From: Tenacibaculum sp.
Lineage (GTDB): Bacteria > Bacteroidota > Bacteroidia > Flavobacteriales > Flavobacteriaceae
DNA length: 64,000 nt
Reading direction: 5' to 3'
Assembly: GCA_042093175.1 (NCBI GenBank)
Contig: JBELFC010000003.1
Coordinates: forward strand, 851 to 64,850
Part shown: in pieces, positions 47,788 through 57,191 of the stretch
Position numbering within the stretch: position 1 is the stretch's first letter
Layout of the letters: every line of letters starts with the position of its first letter
Made by a program: the position numbers and the translations under genes
Notes under the pieces: model-generated
Seen by the model: only the letters and a program-made list of their open reading frames with translations
Databases searched by the model: none
Told to the model about the DNA's origin: nothing

Positions 47788-48408
47788 ATGAAAAAAAGTA
47801 ATGTATTAAGGTTTTTATTCTATATAATCTCAGTTCTATTCATTATATTTTGTATTTGGGAAATAGAAAATGCTATAATTTTCTTTATTCCCTTACTAGT
47901 AATTCTGATAGTTTTTAAAGTATTAAAGTTTTATAAATACAAAAGAAGGATGGTTAAATTAGGGAAGAGAGAATTCTTTTTAAATCAATACATTGCTTCT
48001 TTTTTAATTTTAATAAGTTTTATAGTTTATATTGTATATGTTTCAAAGTTTAAATTCGATTTAAATACAGAATTCGCCTACTTTTTTCTAGGTGAAAATG
48101 GAAACTCAGGTTTTTTTTATGGGTTGCTTATGTCTTTGGTAATAAGAGGTTTATTTGAAGGTAATTACGAGGTTTATTTAACGGATAAAGGAATTGTAAA
48201 GGGAAGAAGTTATTTTGAAGAATATCTATGGGAAGATTTTTTAAGTTTTGAAATAATAAAGGAACAGTCTTTGATTCGTTTTAAAAAGAAAAATGCTAAA
48301 TTTATTTTTATAAAGTACAAAGATGATACATTTAAAAATAGAGAAGATCTAATAATAAGTAAGTTGAATAAAAATCTAACGGAAGATGTCAAAAATATTA
48401 ATAATTGA
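47788..48408 (+). CDS. Hypothetical membrane protein with possible C-terminal bacterial-PH-like domain
   Basis: About four TM helices and a soluble C-terminus. The 3' end overlaps the next gene by 23 nt. No family is confidently recognised. Confidence 0.55.
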   Translation: MKKSNVLRFLFYIISVLFIIFCIWEIENAIIFFIPLLVILIVFKVLKFYKYKRRMVKLGKREFFLNQYIASFLILISFIVYIVYVSKFKFDLNTEFAYFFLGENGNSGFFYGLLMSLVIRGLFEGNYEVYLTDKGIVKGRSYFEEYLWEDFLSFEIIKEQSLIRFKKKNAKFIFIKYKDDTFKNREDLIISKLNKNLTEDVKNINN

Positions 48409-49549
48409 GGACGAAGCAGCAATTCGTAGAGTATTAAAAAAAATTATTTCTGAAGAAAATGATGCTTATAAAGTTGAAGAAGCTGAAGATGGATTGGCAG
48501 GAATAGAAATGATTAAAGATAAAGATTATGATTTAGTATTATGTGATATTAAAATGCCTAAGATGGATGGTGTTGAGGTGTTAGAAAAGGCTAAAAAAAT
48601 AAAACCTGAAATACCAATGGTTATGATTTCTGGACATGGAGATTTAGATACTGCGGTAAATACAATGCGACTAGGTGCTTTTGATTATATTTCAAAGCCA
48701 CCAGATTTAAATCGTTTGTTAAATACGGTTCGTAATGCACTTGACAGAAAAGAATTGGTTGTAGAAAATAAACGACTAAAAAAGAAGGTTAGCAAAAGCT
48801 ACGAGATGATTGGTGAAAGTGATGCGATTACGCACATAAAAGATATCATAGAAAAAGTAGCAGCAACTGACGCCCGTGTTTTAATTACTGGGCCTAATGG
48901 AACAGGAAAAGAGTTAGTAGCTCACTGGTTACATGAGAAATCAGATAGATTAAAAGCTCCAATGATTGAAGTTAATTGTGCTGCGATACCTTCTGAGTTA
49001 ATAGAAAGTGAATTATTTGGGCATGTTAAAGGTAGTTTTACAGGAGCTAATAAAGATAGAGCAGGTAAGTTTGAAGCTGCAAATGGAGGTACTATTTTCT
49101 TAGATGAAATAGGAGATATGAGTTTGTCAGCACAAGCAAAGGTATTAAGAGCTTTACAAGAAAATCGTATTCAACGAGTAGGGTCTGATAAAGATATAAA
49201 AGTAAATGTTCGTGTTGTAGCTGCTACAAATAAAGATTTAAAGAAGGAAATTGCTGAAGGACGCTTTAGAGAAGATTTATACCATCGTTTAGCAGTTATT
49301 TTAATTAAAGTACCTGCTTTAAATGATAGGAGAGAAGATATTCCATTATTGATTAACTTTTTCACTGATAAAATTTCAAAAGAACAGGGAACTCCTAAAA
49401 AAGATTTTTCTGCAGCAGCAATAAAGTTATTACAAGAATATGATTGGACAGGAAATATACGTGAATTACGAAATGTAGTTGAGCGTTTAATTATACTAGG
49501 CGAAAAAGAAGTTTCAGGAAATGATGTAAATATGTTTGCTAGTAAATAG
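48386..49549 (+). CDS. Sigma-54-dependent response regulator (REC + AAA+), apparently lacking a C-terminal HTH
   Basis: REC (DIKMPKMDG), Walker A GPNGTGKE, GAFTGA-like GSFTGA, Walker B FLDEIG, and sensor II IRELRN near the C-terminus. Only about 25 aa follow. Confidence 0.9.
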   Translation: MSKILIIEDEAAIRRVLKKIISEENDAYKVEEAEDGLAGIEMIKDKDYDLVLCDIKMPKMDGVEVLEKAKKIKPEIPMVMISGHGDLDTAVNTMRLGAFDYISKPPDLNRLLNTVRNALDRKELVVENKRLKKKVSKSYEMIGESDAITHIKDIIEKVAATDARVLITGPNGTGKELVAHWLHEKSDRLKAPMIEVNCAAIPSELIESELFGHVKGSFTGANKDRAGKFEAANGGTIFLDEIGDMSLSAQAKVLRALQENRIQRVGSDKDIKVNVRVVAATNKDLKKEIAEGRFREDLYHRLAVILIKVPALNDRREDIPLLINFFTDKISKEQGTPKKDFSAAAIKLLQEYDWTGNIRELRNVVERLIILGEKEVSGNDVNMFASK

Positions 49550-49694
49550 TTAAATTTTATAATTTAAAACTAAAACTATAAATAAAGTTGATGTTAAAAT
49601 AAAAAATTAGCATCAACTTTTTTATTACAAACTTTTTTTCGGTGGTATATTTGTACTTGTAAAAAATAAATATTAATCATTTAAAATTATAAAA

Positions 49695-50336
49695 ATGGCT
49701 ACATTAGTTGGTAAGAAATTCCCAAATTTAAACGTTGATGCAATGAACGAAATGGGGGATACATTTAAAGTAAATGTTTTAGAAGAGGCAGTAAATAACA
49801 AGAAAAAAGTATTGTTATTTTGGTACCCTAAAGATTTTACTTTTGTTTGTCCTACTGAGTTACATGCTTTTCAAGCTGCCTTAGGAGAATTCGAAAAAAG
49901 AAATACTGTTGTAATTGGAGCTTCATGTGATACGCCAGAAGTACACTTTGCATGGTTAAACCAGTCTAAAGATAACGGAGGAATAGAAGGTGTAACATAC
50001 CCATTATTAGCTGATAGTAACCGTAACTTATCATCTATCTTAGGAATTTTAGATATTTCTAACGAAACTTATGATGAAGCTACTGGTACTGTACAGGTAG
50101 AAGGAGATAACGTAACTTATAGAGCTACTTATTTAATTGACGAAGAAGGAACTGTTTTCCATGAAGGAATTAATCATATGCCAGTAGGTCGTAACGTAAG
50201 TGAATTTTTACGTTTAGTTGACGCTTATACACACGTACAAGAAAAAGGTGAAGTTTGTCCTGCAAACTGGGAAGAAGGTAAAGATGCAATGCAACCTAAT
50301 GCAAAAGGAACTGCTGAGTATTTAGCTTCTCACTAG
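49695..50336 (+). CDS. 2-Cys peroxiredoxin (AhpC/Prx1 family)
   Basis: DFTFVCPTE peroxidatic Cys motif and a resolving Cys in EVCPANW. Confidence 0.9.
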   Translation: MATLVGKKFPNLNVDAMNEMGDTFKVNVLEEAVNNKKKVLLFWYPKDFTFVCPTELHAFQAALGEFEKRNTVVIGASCDTPEVHFAWLNQSKDNGGIEGVTYPLLADSNRNLSSILGILDISNETYDEATGTVQVEGDNVTYRATYLIDEEGTVFHEGINHMPVGRNVSEFLRLVDAYTHVQEKGEVCPANWEEGKDAMQPNAKGTAEYLASH

Positions 50337-50452
50337 AATACATTAAAAGTTCGTGTGAAAAATGAATTGAGTAGCACGAACTTTTCTTCTTAACACTTTT
50401 TTAAAAGTGTGTCTTTTTAAGAGTTCTTTCTTAATAATTAAAAAATAAAATC

Positions 50453-50761
50453 ATGATACAAGAATTAAATCAAGACAATTTAGGACAAATTGTTTCAGAT
50501 AATAAAACTGTTGTTGTTCAGTATGCTGCTACTTGGTGTGGTAACTGTAGAATTATGAAACCTAAATTCAAGAAGTTAGCTTCTGAAAATGAAAATATGG
50601 TATTCATTATAGCAGATGCAGAAAAATTTCCAGAGAGTAGAAAATTAGCTACAGTTGATAATTTGCCAACATTCGCTACGTTTGTTGATGGTAAATTTGT
50701 AAATCAAACACAAACTAATAAGTTTGATGTATTAAAAGAATTGGTTAACGAAGTTGTGTAA
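50453..50761 (+). CDS. Thioredoxin-family protein
   Basis: WCGNC active site, 102 aa. Confidence 0.85.
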   Translation: MIQELNQDNLGQIVSDNKTVVVQYAATWCGNCRIMKPKFKKLASENENMVFIIADAEKFPESRKLATVDNLPTFATFVDGKFVNQTQTNKFDVLKELVNEVV

Positions 50762-50785
50762 ATAACCTGTTAAAAAAAGAAAAAT

Positions 50786-51043
50786 ATGAAATTACCTGTA
50801 ATAAAACATTTAACTTCTTTTATAGAAGAAAATGATGAAGATTTTGTAATAGAAACTATTGAAACATTAGAAGCTTTAACCGAAGTTTCATCATTAAAAG
50901 ATGAAGAGTTAGATGTTATTGGAGAATTGATTTCTAATATGTATGGAGCAGTTGAGGTACACAAAATGATAAAAGAAGGAGCACCTAAAAAAGAAGCGTT
51001 AAATACTTTTATGAAACGTGTTTTAGGATCTATTGACAAATAA
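50786..51043 (+). CDS. Small acidic helical hypothetical protein
   Basis: Same strand as prx/trx and followed by a terminator. The overlapping minus-strand ORF 50770-51039 looks like an antisense shadow. Confidence 0.6.
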   Translation: MKLPVIKHLTSFIEENDEDFVIETIETLEALTEVSSLKDEELDVIGELISNMYGAVEVHKMIKEGAPKKEALNTFMKRVLGSIDK

Positions 51044-51076
51044 AAAACCGAGCTTTTAAAACTCGGTTTTTTATTT
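51043..51076. terminator. Bidirectional terminator
   Basis: Stem aaaaccgag/ctcggtttt, with A and T runs. Confidence 0.8.
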
Positions 51077-51096
51077 ATATAGAAATAATTATCATA

Positions 51097-52434
51097 TTAA
51101 TTATTTACTCTATAGGTTATTTTTTTATTTGTGATAACAGTTGTTATTGCAACACCTAAGGTAAAACGATTGTTGTTTTGAATTGTGTTTACACTAGTAA
51201 AGCTATAGGTGTTACCTCCTAAGTCAGTTGCACCAGAAATAGGAGTTTCATCATCAAATACACCATCGTTATCAGTATCAATAAGCAGTCTTAAATTAGC
51301 TGTGTTTATTCCAGTAATTCCTGTTAAATCAAACCTCATATCAATAGAGCCAACATCTACTGTTGTTCCAGAAGTGTTTACTTCACTTACTCTCCATATT
51401 CTATTTAATCTACTTTTAATAATCTCAGGGGCATTTAATCCCGTGTTCATTTGAAAGGTTCCATTGTCGTGACCCCACATAAAAAATTCACTATCATTAA
51501 GATTTGACGGGTTTAATATTCTTACAATTCCAGTTCCTTGAGAATCATCATGTAAGTTAGTTGAATTTACTCTTCCAATACCAGCAACATCATGATCATA
51601 ATTTCCAGATGCAGGAGTGTCTTCATTATATACATCAGATAAGGATAATGAATAGTTATATTTTGCTGCTAAATAATTTTGGACAATTATTATTTGTGCT
51701 TCATTGATTAAATTATCAAACATAATTATTTCTGAAATATTACCATTGAAGTAGTAGTTTGGAGTGTTTGATTCATTTCTACCAGCTCCAACTCTAAACG
51801 GTCTTGATGTATTTGAAGTCATTGTATGAGTTGCAGTAGAAAAGGTATTATTGTTAATAGAAAGATTTTTCTCTCTTGTTGTACCATTATATCTCATCAT
51901 TTGTGATGACCAATTTGCGGTAGTATTAATATTGCCTTCTACAGTTTGCCAAGGACCACTATCTCTACCTGTCCAGAATGACCAATTATTTGTGCCTGGA
52001 CGAGAATATAAAATAAATCCCCTAGTAGGTCTTCCCGAAGGATCATCTCGGTTGGATAAAACTGCTTTATATGATCCAGAACTTGCAACACTAGATGCTG
52101 AGAATATAGTAAATGAAGTAGGAGTTAATCTACTTTGAAATGGGTGTTGAAAGTAATTACTTGTATCATTAAAGCTAAAAGAAGGATAGCTATTTACTGA
52201 ATTTGTAGTAAATACCGCTCCATTACCATCAGTAAAATTGTGACCATACCCTGAATTATCTGGCCAATTGTTTGTTAGCGTACCGTTAGCTACACTTACA
52301 TTATTTGCGTCAAGCCATAGAACTAAATTTGAACTTCCATCAGTTATTCCAACTCCTCCTGGTCCAGTTTGAGATAATAATAAAGAAGAAAATAAAAGAC
52401 TCAGTAAAACAAATAATTTTGATTGTAAGCTCAT
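51097..52434 (-). CDS. Secreted LamG/ConA-like-domain protein, paralog 1
   Basis: Signal peptide then SQTGPGGVG. The L.LWLDAN...W.D.SG pattern is typical of LamG-like jelly rolls. The conserved roughly 170-aa C-terminal domain has a DTDNDG.FDDE Ca-binding-like motif and ends ITYRVNN. Confidence 0.7.
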   Translation of the reverse strand: MSLQSKLFVLLSLLFSSLLLSQTGPGGVGITDGSSNLVLWLDANNVSVANGTLTNNWPDNSGYGHNFTDGNGAVFTTNSVNSYPSFSFNDTSNYFQHPFQSRLTPTSFTIFSASSVASSGSYKAVLSNRDDPSGRPTRGFILYSRPGTNNWSFWTGRDSGPWQTVEGNINTTANWSSQMMRYNGTTREKNLSINNNTFSTATHTMTSNTSRPFRVGAGRNESNTPNYYFNGNISEIIMFDNLINEAQIIIVQNYLAAKYNYSLSLSDVYNEDTPASGNYDHDVAGIGRVNSTNLHDDSQGTGIVRILNPSNLNDSEFFMWGHDNGTFQMNTGLNAPEIIKSRLNRIWRVSEVNTSGTTVDVGSIDMRFDLTGITGINTANLRLLIDTDNDGVFDDETPISGATDLGGNTYSFTSVNTIQNNNRFTLGVAITTVITNKKITYRVNN

Positions 52435-52526
52435 ACTATTTATATAAATACAATATTTAAATTTAAAATAAAAGTACTATTATTTTTTAGTCTATAATTT
52501 AGCAAGGCTAGGTTTTTGTTAAAAAG

Positions 52527-53837
52527 TTAGTTATTTACCCTGTAGGTTATTTTTCTATTGGTTATAACTGTAGTTACACCAATTCCAATAGTAAAACGAT
52601 TATTGTTTGTAATAGAGTTTATGCTTGTAAAACTATAAATGTTACTACCTAAATCAGTTGCACCTGAAATAGGAGTTTCATCATCAAATAAACCATCATT
52701 ATCAGTATCAATAAGCAATCTTAAATTAGCAGTACTAACTCCTGTAATTCCTGTTAAATCAAATCTGATATCAATATTACCAACATCAACAGACGCTCCA
52801 GAAGTATTTACTTCACTTACTCTCCATACTCTGTTTAATCTATTTTTAATAATATCAGGAGCATTTAATCCAGTATTCATTTGAAAAGAATTATTGTCAT
52901 GTCCCCACATAAAAAACTCATTATCGTTTAGGTTTGAAGGATTTAAAACTCTAACTAATCCTGTACCTTGAGAATCATTATGTAAGTTACTTGAATTTAC
53001 TCTACCAATACCGGCAACATCATGATCAAAATTACCTGCTGCTACATCGTCTTCGTTATATACATCATTAATAATAGCAATACTCCCAAACTTTGCACTT
53101 AAATAATTATCGATAATTATTTTTTGAGCCTCATTTACACGACTGTTGTAAAATATTATTTCAAAAAAATCTCCACTAGCTTCATCAGCGCCACTAGAAT
53201 TCCTACCTATTCTGTCTAAAGGTATACCAGCGGTTGTAGAACCAATATTAAGATTTTGATTAGCCCCATTTACCCTTACTTCTAGTAATGATGACCCAGT
53301 AGTTTTGTGATATGAAAGTATAGAGTTGATGCCAAAAGGCGAAACAATACCAGTTGAATAATCAGCAATACCATATCTAGTAAAACCAACTCTGTTTGTG
53401 TTTCTCCATTGTTCAACTCTTAATGAAGCAGAAGAGTGGTCAAAAAGAGAGTGTGAGTTCCCATTGTTAACAGGATTTGTAACAAAAAAGGTGCTTGCAT
53501 TCGGGTAAATACCTGAAACGGATCCGTTCATAAACTTTGCAGCACCAGTGCTAGCATCAAACCTTGCAGTATTATATGTTCCTGTTGTATTGTATGTTGG
53601 TCTTCTTGGTCCGGATTGTGTGAAGTTATTTGAATTTCCACTAAAATCAGACCAAGTTGATATTAAAGTACCATTAGCAGGGTTGTTACTAATATCTCCA
53701 TCGGCATTTAAGTCATTGGCTCTTAGCCATACAATAAGAGAGGAAGAGCCATCTCTAGCACCTACACCTCCTGGACCTGTTTGAGAAAAAGAGGTTATGG
53801 TGAAAGAAATAAAAATATAAAATAATTTTTTTTTCAT
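52527..53837 (-). CDS. Secreted LamG/ConA-like-domain protein, paralog 2
   Basis: Same architecture as paralog 1. The C-terminal roughly 170 aa are near-identical to paralog 1, and the central region is divergent. Confidence 0.7.
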   Translation of the reverse strand: MKKKLFYIFISFTITSFSQTGPGGVGARDGSSSLIVWLRANDLNADGDISNNPANGTLISTWSDFSGNSNNFTQSGPRRPTYNTTGTYNTARFDASTGAAKFMNGSVSGIYPNASTFFVTNPVNNGNSHSLFDHSSASLRVEQWRNTNRVGFTRYGIADYSTGIVSPFGINSILSYHKTTGSSLLEVRVNGANQNLNIGSTTAGIPLDRIGRNSSGADEASGDFFEIIFYNSRVNEAQKIIIDNYLSAKFGSIAIINDVYNEDDVAAGNFDHDVAGIGRVNSSNLHNDSQGTGLVRVLNPSNLNDNEFFMWGHDNNSFQMNTGLNAPDIIKNRLNRVWRVSEVNTSGASVDVGNIDIRFDLTGITGVSTANLRLLIDTDNDGLFDDETPISGATDLGSNIYSFTSINSITNNNRFTIGIGVTTVITNRKITYRVNN

Positions 53838-53967
53838 TAAAAAAGAGCTTAACCGTTGATATTTAGCATAAATATACTATCATTTTTTTTAGTTCCTAAA
53901 AAATTACTGTATTTTTATAGCCTGGCTATTTTTAGAGATTAAACTCTAGAAACAAAATATTTATTTT

Positions 53968-54600
53968 ATGAAAATAAAAATACTATTTTTTTTCATTTTT
54001 GTGTCTTTTTCAGTTTTTGGTCAAATAGATGCTAATTCTTTAATGGGGCTTCCAACTGCAACAAATGCGGAAATGGTTTCACTAACTGGAGTTAGTATTG
54101 GTTCTTTGTTATTTAACACAACTGATCAAGAGGTGTATAGATTTACAAGTACAGGTTGGCAGAAGCAAGATGGAAGTCAAAATGCATCTCAAGTAAGTAT
54201 TGTAACACCAGTGGATGTAAATAATATAACGGGAGAGCCAGGCGCAGGTAATGAAACTACTGTTGAAGAAGTGGTTCAGGCTATTGCACCGATTACATCC
54301 AAAGCAGCTCGAGTGTTTTACCCACCTTCAATAGCTATTTCTACCGCTAATCCTACATTTACAGTTAACTTATATACACAATATACACTTCAATTTGCAA
54401 CACCAACAGCAAAGAGTTCTTCAGCCCCAGCTGCAATTCCTACCTATGCTGCAGGAGATTTATATTATTATGTTACTTATGCTGATCCAGCAGTTTTTAG
54501 TGGTTTAGCAATTACGGATGCGGGTGTTCTTACAGGTAATATAATAGGACAACCAACTGATTTGAATTCGTTAATAAATGTTGTTTTTGTCGTTAAATAG
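53968..54600 (+). CDS. Secreted hypothetical protein
   Basis: Signal peptide (FSVFGQ). T/A/P-rich and predicted beta-rich. Divergent from paralog 2. Confidence 0.6.
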   Translation: MKIKILFFFIFVSFSVFGQIDANSLMGLPTATNAEMVSLTGVSIGSLLFNTTDQEVYRFTSTGWQKQDGSQNASQVSIVTPVDVNNITGEPGAGNETTVEEVVQAIAPITSKAARVFYPPSIAISTANPTFTVNLYTQYTLQFATPTAKSSSAPAAIPTYAAGDLYYYVTYADPAVFSGLAITDAGVLTGNIIGQPTDLNSLINVVFVVK

Positions 54601-54631
54601 TAATGATAATTCTTATTAATAAAATTGAAAT

Positions 54632-54787
54632 TTAATTCTCTTTTTGCTCATTTACTTTTTTAATAATAGACTTTAAACGTTCTTTAGTACGTTGTTTTTC
54701 TAAACGAAGTTTATTTTCTTTCTGTTTCATTAAGCGAGTATGTTTCGCTTTATTAACAGTGTTTTTTGCTTTTCCTTTTTTAGCCAT
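54632..54787 (-). CDS. Candidate 51-aa highly basic small protein (below the ORF-track cutoff)
   Basis: MAKKGKAKNTVNKAKHTRLMKQKENKLRLEKQRTKERLKSIIKKVNEQKEN. Its ATG overlaps the symporter stop (AATGGCTAA), which suggests translational coupling. Confidence 0.35.
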   Translation of the reverse strand: MAKKGKAKNTVNKAKHTRLMKQKENKLRLEKQRTKERLKSIIKKVNEQKEN

Positions 54788-56222
54788 TTTTTGAAGTTTT
54801 AATAGCTAGTAATCCTAGGAAAGTAAGAAGTCCATTTAAAATTAGAATAAAAAATTCAAAATCAAATTTCCATAAATAATTGGTTAGATAGTTTATTTCA
54901 AATGCTAAAAATGGAGAAATGATACAAATTACAGGAACTAGTTTGTCTTTCACATTGAAGTTAGTAAATAACCCAAAAGCGTACAAACCAAGTAGTGGTC
55001 CGTATGTATAACCCGCAGCTTTAAATATGTTAGAAATTACACTATCATCTGCGATAACATATTTAAAAAACAGAATAGTAACAATTAGTATAAGAGAAAA
55101 TAATATATGGATTTTTTTACGTGTTTTTTCTTTTTCTTCCTCATTGTCTTTCTTGTCAATTTCTAAAATGTCAATACTAAAAGATGTAGTCAATGAAGTT
55201 AAAGCGCTATCAGCACTAGAATAAGCAGCGGCTATTAACCCTAATAAAAAGAACAATGAAGTTGCTAAACCTAACTTACCACTCATTGCAATTGTAGGGA
55301 ATAATTGATCTTTATGGGCGTTTATTTCATTAGCTGTAGCATAATCAGTTAATAAAATTCCTAATGCTAAAAAGAAAAAGTTAACAATAACTAAAACAAT
55401 AGTAAACCAAAATATGTTTTTTTGTGCGTCCTTCAAATTTCTGCAGGTTAAGTTTTTTTGCATCATATCTTGATCTAATCCAGTCATAACAATAGCTATA
55501 AAGGCTCCAGCAAAAAAGCGTTTCCAAAAGTAATTTCCAGCTTTTATATCTTCGAAAAAAAATGTTTTGGATAGTTTGTTATCAGCAATGTAAGAAAATA
55601 AATTATCTATTTGCATTTCATCTTTAATCATAACAATACATACACCTACTGCAATTAGCATAAACAATGTTTGTAAAGTATCTGTCCATACAATTGTTTT
55701 TATACCACCTTTAAAAGTATATAGCCAAATAAGTAAAATTGTAATCGTTACAGTTACCCAAAAAGGAATACCATAAGAATTAAACAAAATTAATTGTAAA
55801 ACATTGGCAACTAAAAATAAACGAAATGCAGCACCTATAGTTCTTGATAATAAGAAAAAAGAAGCTCCGGTTTTATAGGAGTAACGACCAAATCTATCTT
55901 CTAAATAGGTGTAAATGGAAGTTAAGTTTAACCGATAATATAAAGGAAGTAATACTAAACCAATAACAGCATATCCAACTACATAACCTAATACCATTTG
56001 CATGTAACTCATTTGTTGGCCTTCAATCCAACCAGGAACAGAAATAAATGTAACTCCAGAAAGTGAGGCACCAATCATACCAAAAGCAACCAAATACCAA
56101 GGAGATGAATTATTTGCTTTGAAAAAAGTAGTGTTATTTGCAGATTTGCTTGTGATGTATGATATGAAAATTAAAACACCAAAGTATCCTAGAATAAGTA
56201 ATATAATGTGTAAAGGTTGCAT
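54780..56222 (-). CDS. Sodium:solute symporter family transporter
   Basis: About 13 TM segments and SSF-like motifs (GASLSGVTFISVPG, WTDTLQT). Confidence 0.85.
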   Translation of the reverse strand: MQPLHIILLILGYFGVLIFISYITSKSANNTTFFKANNSSPWYLVAFGMIGASLSGVTFISVPGWIEGQQMSYMQMVLGYVVGYAVIGLVLLPLYYRLNLTSIYTYLEDRFGRYSYKTGASFFLLSRTIGAAFRLFLVANVLQLILFNSYGIPFWVTVTITILLIWLYTFKGGIKTIVWTDTLQTLFMLIAVGVCIVMIKDEMQIDNLFSYIADNKLSKTFFFEDIKAGNYFWKRFFAGAFIAIVMTGLDQDMMQKNLTCRNLKDAQKNIFWFTIVLVIVNFFFLALGILLTDYATANEINAHKDQLFPTIAMSGKLGLATSLFFLLGLIAAAYSSADSALTSLTTSFSIDILEIDKKDNEEEKEKTRKKIHILFSLILIVTILFFKYVIADDSVISNIFKAAGYTYGPLLGLYAFGLFTNFNVKDKLVPVICIISPFLAFEINYLTNYLWKFDFEFFILILNGLLTFLGLLAIKTSKNG

Positions 56223-56297
56223 ATGCTTAAATTACGAACTACGAATGTACTAAATTTTGATTTTAGTATTCGCAGTTCGTAACATTTGAATTACATG

Positions 56298-56927
56298 TTA
56301 TAATTCAATAACCATATCTTTTGTTTCTTTACGAACTTTTTTTAAGTCTTTCATGTAATCATCTTCAGCTCTAAAACCTACAGGTAGAACTAATACAGAT
56401 GTTAAACCATATTTATCTAATTCTAAGACTTCATCATATTTTTCAGGAATGAAACCTTCCATAGGACAACTATCTATTCTTTCGTTAGCTGCTACGGTCA
56501 TTAAATTACCTAAGGCTATATATGCTTGATTCTTATTCCAGATGTTTAATTCTTCTTGAGTTTTTGAAGCGATTGAATTGGTAAGCATTTCTTTAAAAGG
56601 AGCTAAAATTTCATCAGGGGTATTTCTAATGCTTTTAACTAAGGAAAAATAGTTGTCAATGTCATTTGTAGTATATTCTTTTTGAATACATATAACTAAA
56701 ACATGTGATGCTTGAGCTACTTGAGGTTGATTCCAAGAATGTTCAACTAATTGTTGTTGAATGCTTTTATTTTTAATAACCACTAATTTAATTGGTTGTA
56801 ATCCATAAGAGGTAGCGGTTAAGTTAAATGCTTCTTTTAATGTATTTATTTGAGTCTCTGAAAGTGATTTATTTCCGTCAAATTTTTTAACAGCATAACG
56901 CCATTGTAAATTTTCTATACTATTCAT
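56298..56927 (-). CDS. Nitroreductase-family NAD(P)H-dependent oxidoreductase
   Basis: N-terminal RYAVKKF, SYGLQP and DSCPMEGF motifs. Confidence 0.85.
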   Translation of the reverse strand: MNSIENLQWRYAVKKFDGNKSLSETQINTLKEAFNLTATSYGLQPIKLVVIKNKSIQQQLVEHSWNQPQVAQASHVLVICIQKEYTTNDIDNYFSLVKSIRNTPDEILAPFKEMLTNSIASKTQEELNIWNKNQAYIALGNLMTVAANERIDSCPMEGFIPEKYDEVLELDKYGLTSVLVLPVGFRAEDDYMKDLKKVRKETKDMVIEL

Positions 56928-57191
56928 TTTTATATTTTTTATGATACAAAATTACTATAGAAATAAGAATTATAATACAAAAACGATTGTTTAATTTTAT
57001 AAAGCTATTGTTTTAATCATTTATAATGAAGATGGCTTACATTGATTGTTTAAGAGGGGAGTTTTAAAAGTTATATACGTTGGTGTTTTGTTCTTACTTT
57101 ACTGTTTTTTATAGAGTTAAAGTTGAAAAAATACTAGTTGTTTGAATTTTTTATACCTTTAATCAAATTAAATTGCTAATTAATTGTTTTT

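Noticed and set aside
50770-51039. 89-aa minus-strand ORF coincident with the 85-aa plus-strand ORF
   Set aside because: The plus-strand product is a plausible acidic helical protein in an operon with prx/trx and is followed by a terminator. The minus-strand product is S/I/F-rich and ends in a poly-F run, which is typical of an antisense artifact.
56231-56281. Long imperfect hairpin (ttacgaact.cgaat / attcg.agttcgtaa) between the nitroreductase and symporter genes, as a possible riboswitch
   Set aside because: It is most simply an intercistronic terminator or attenuator stem. No conserved riboswitch core is recognisable and there is no clear U-tract, so I did not call it as a feature.
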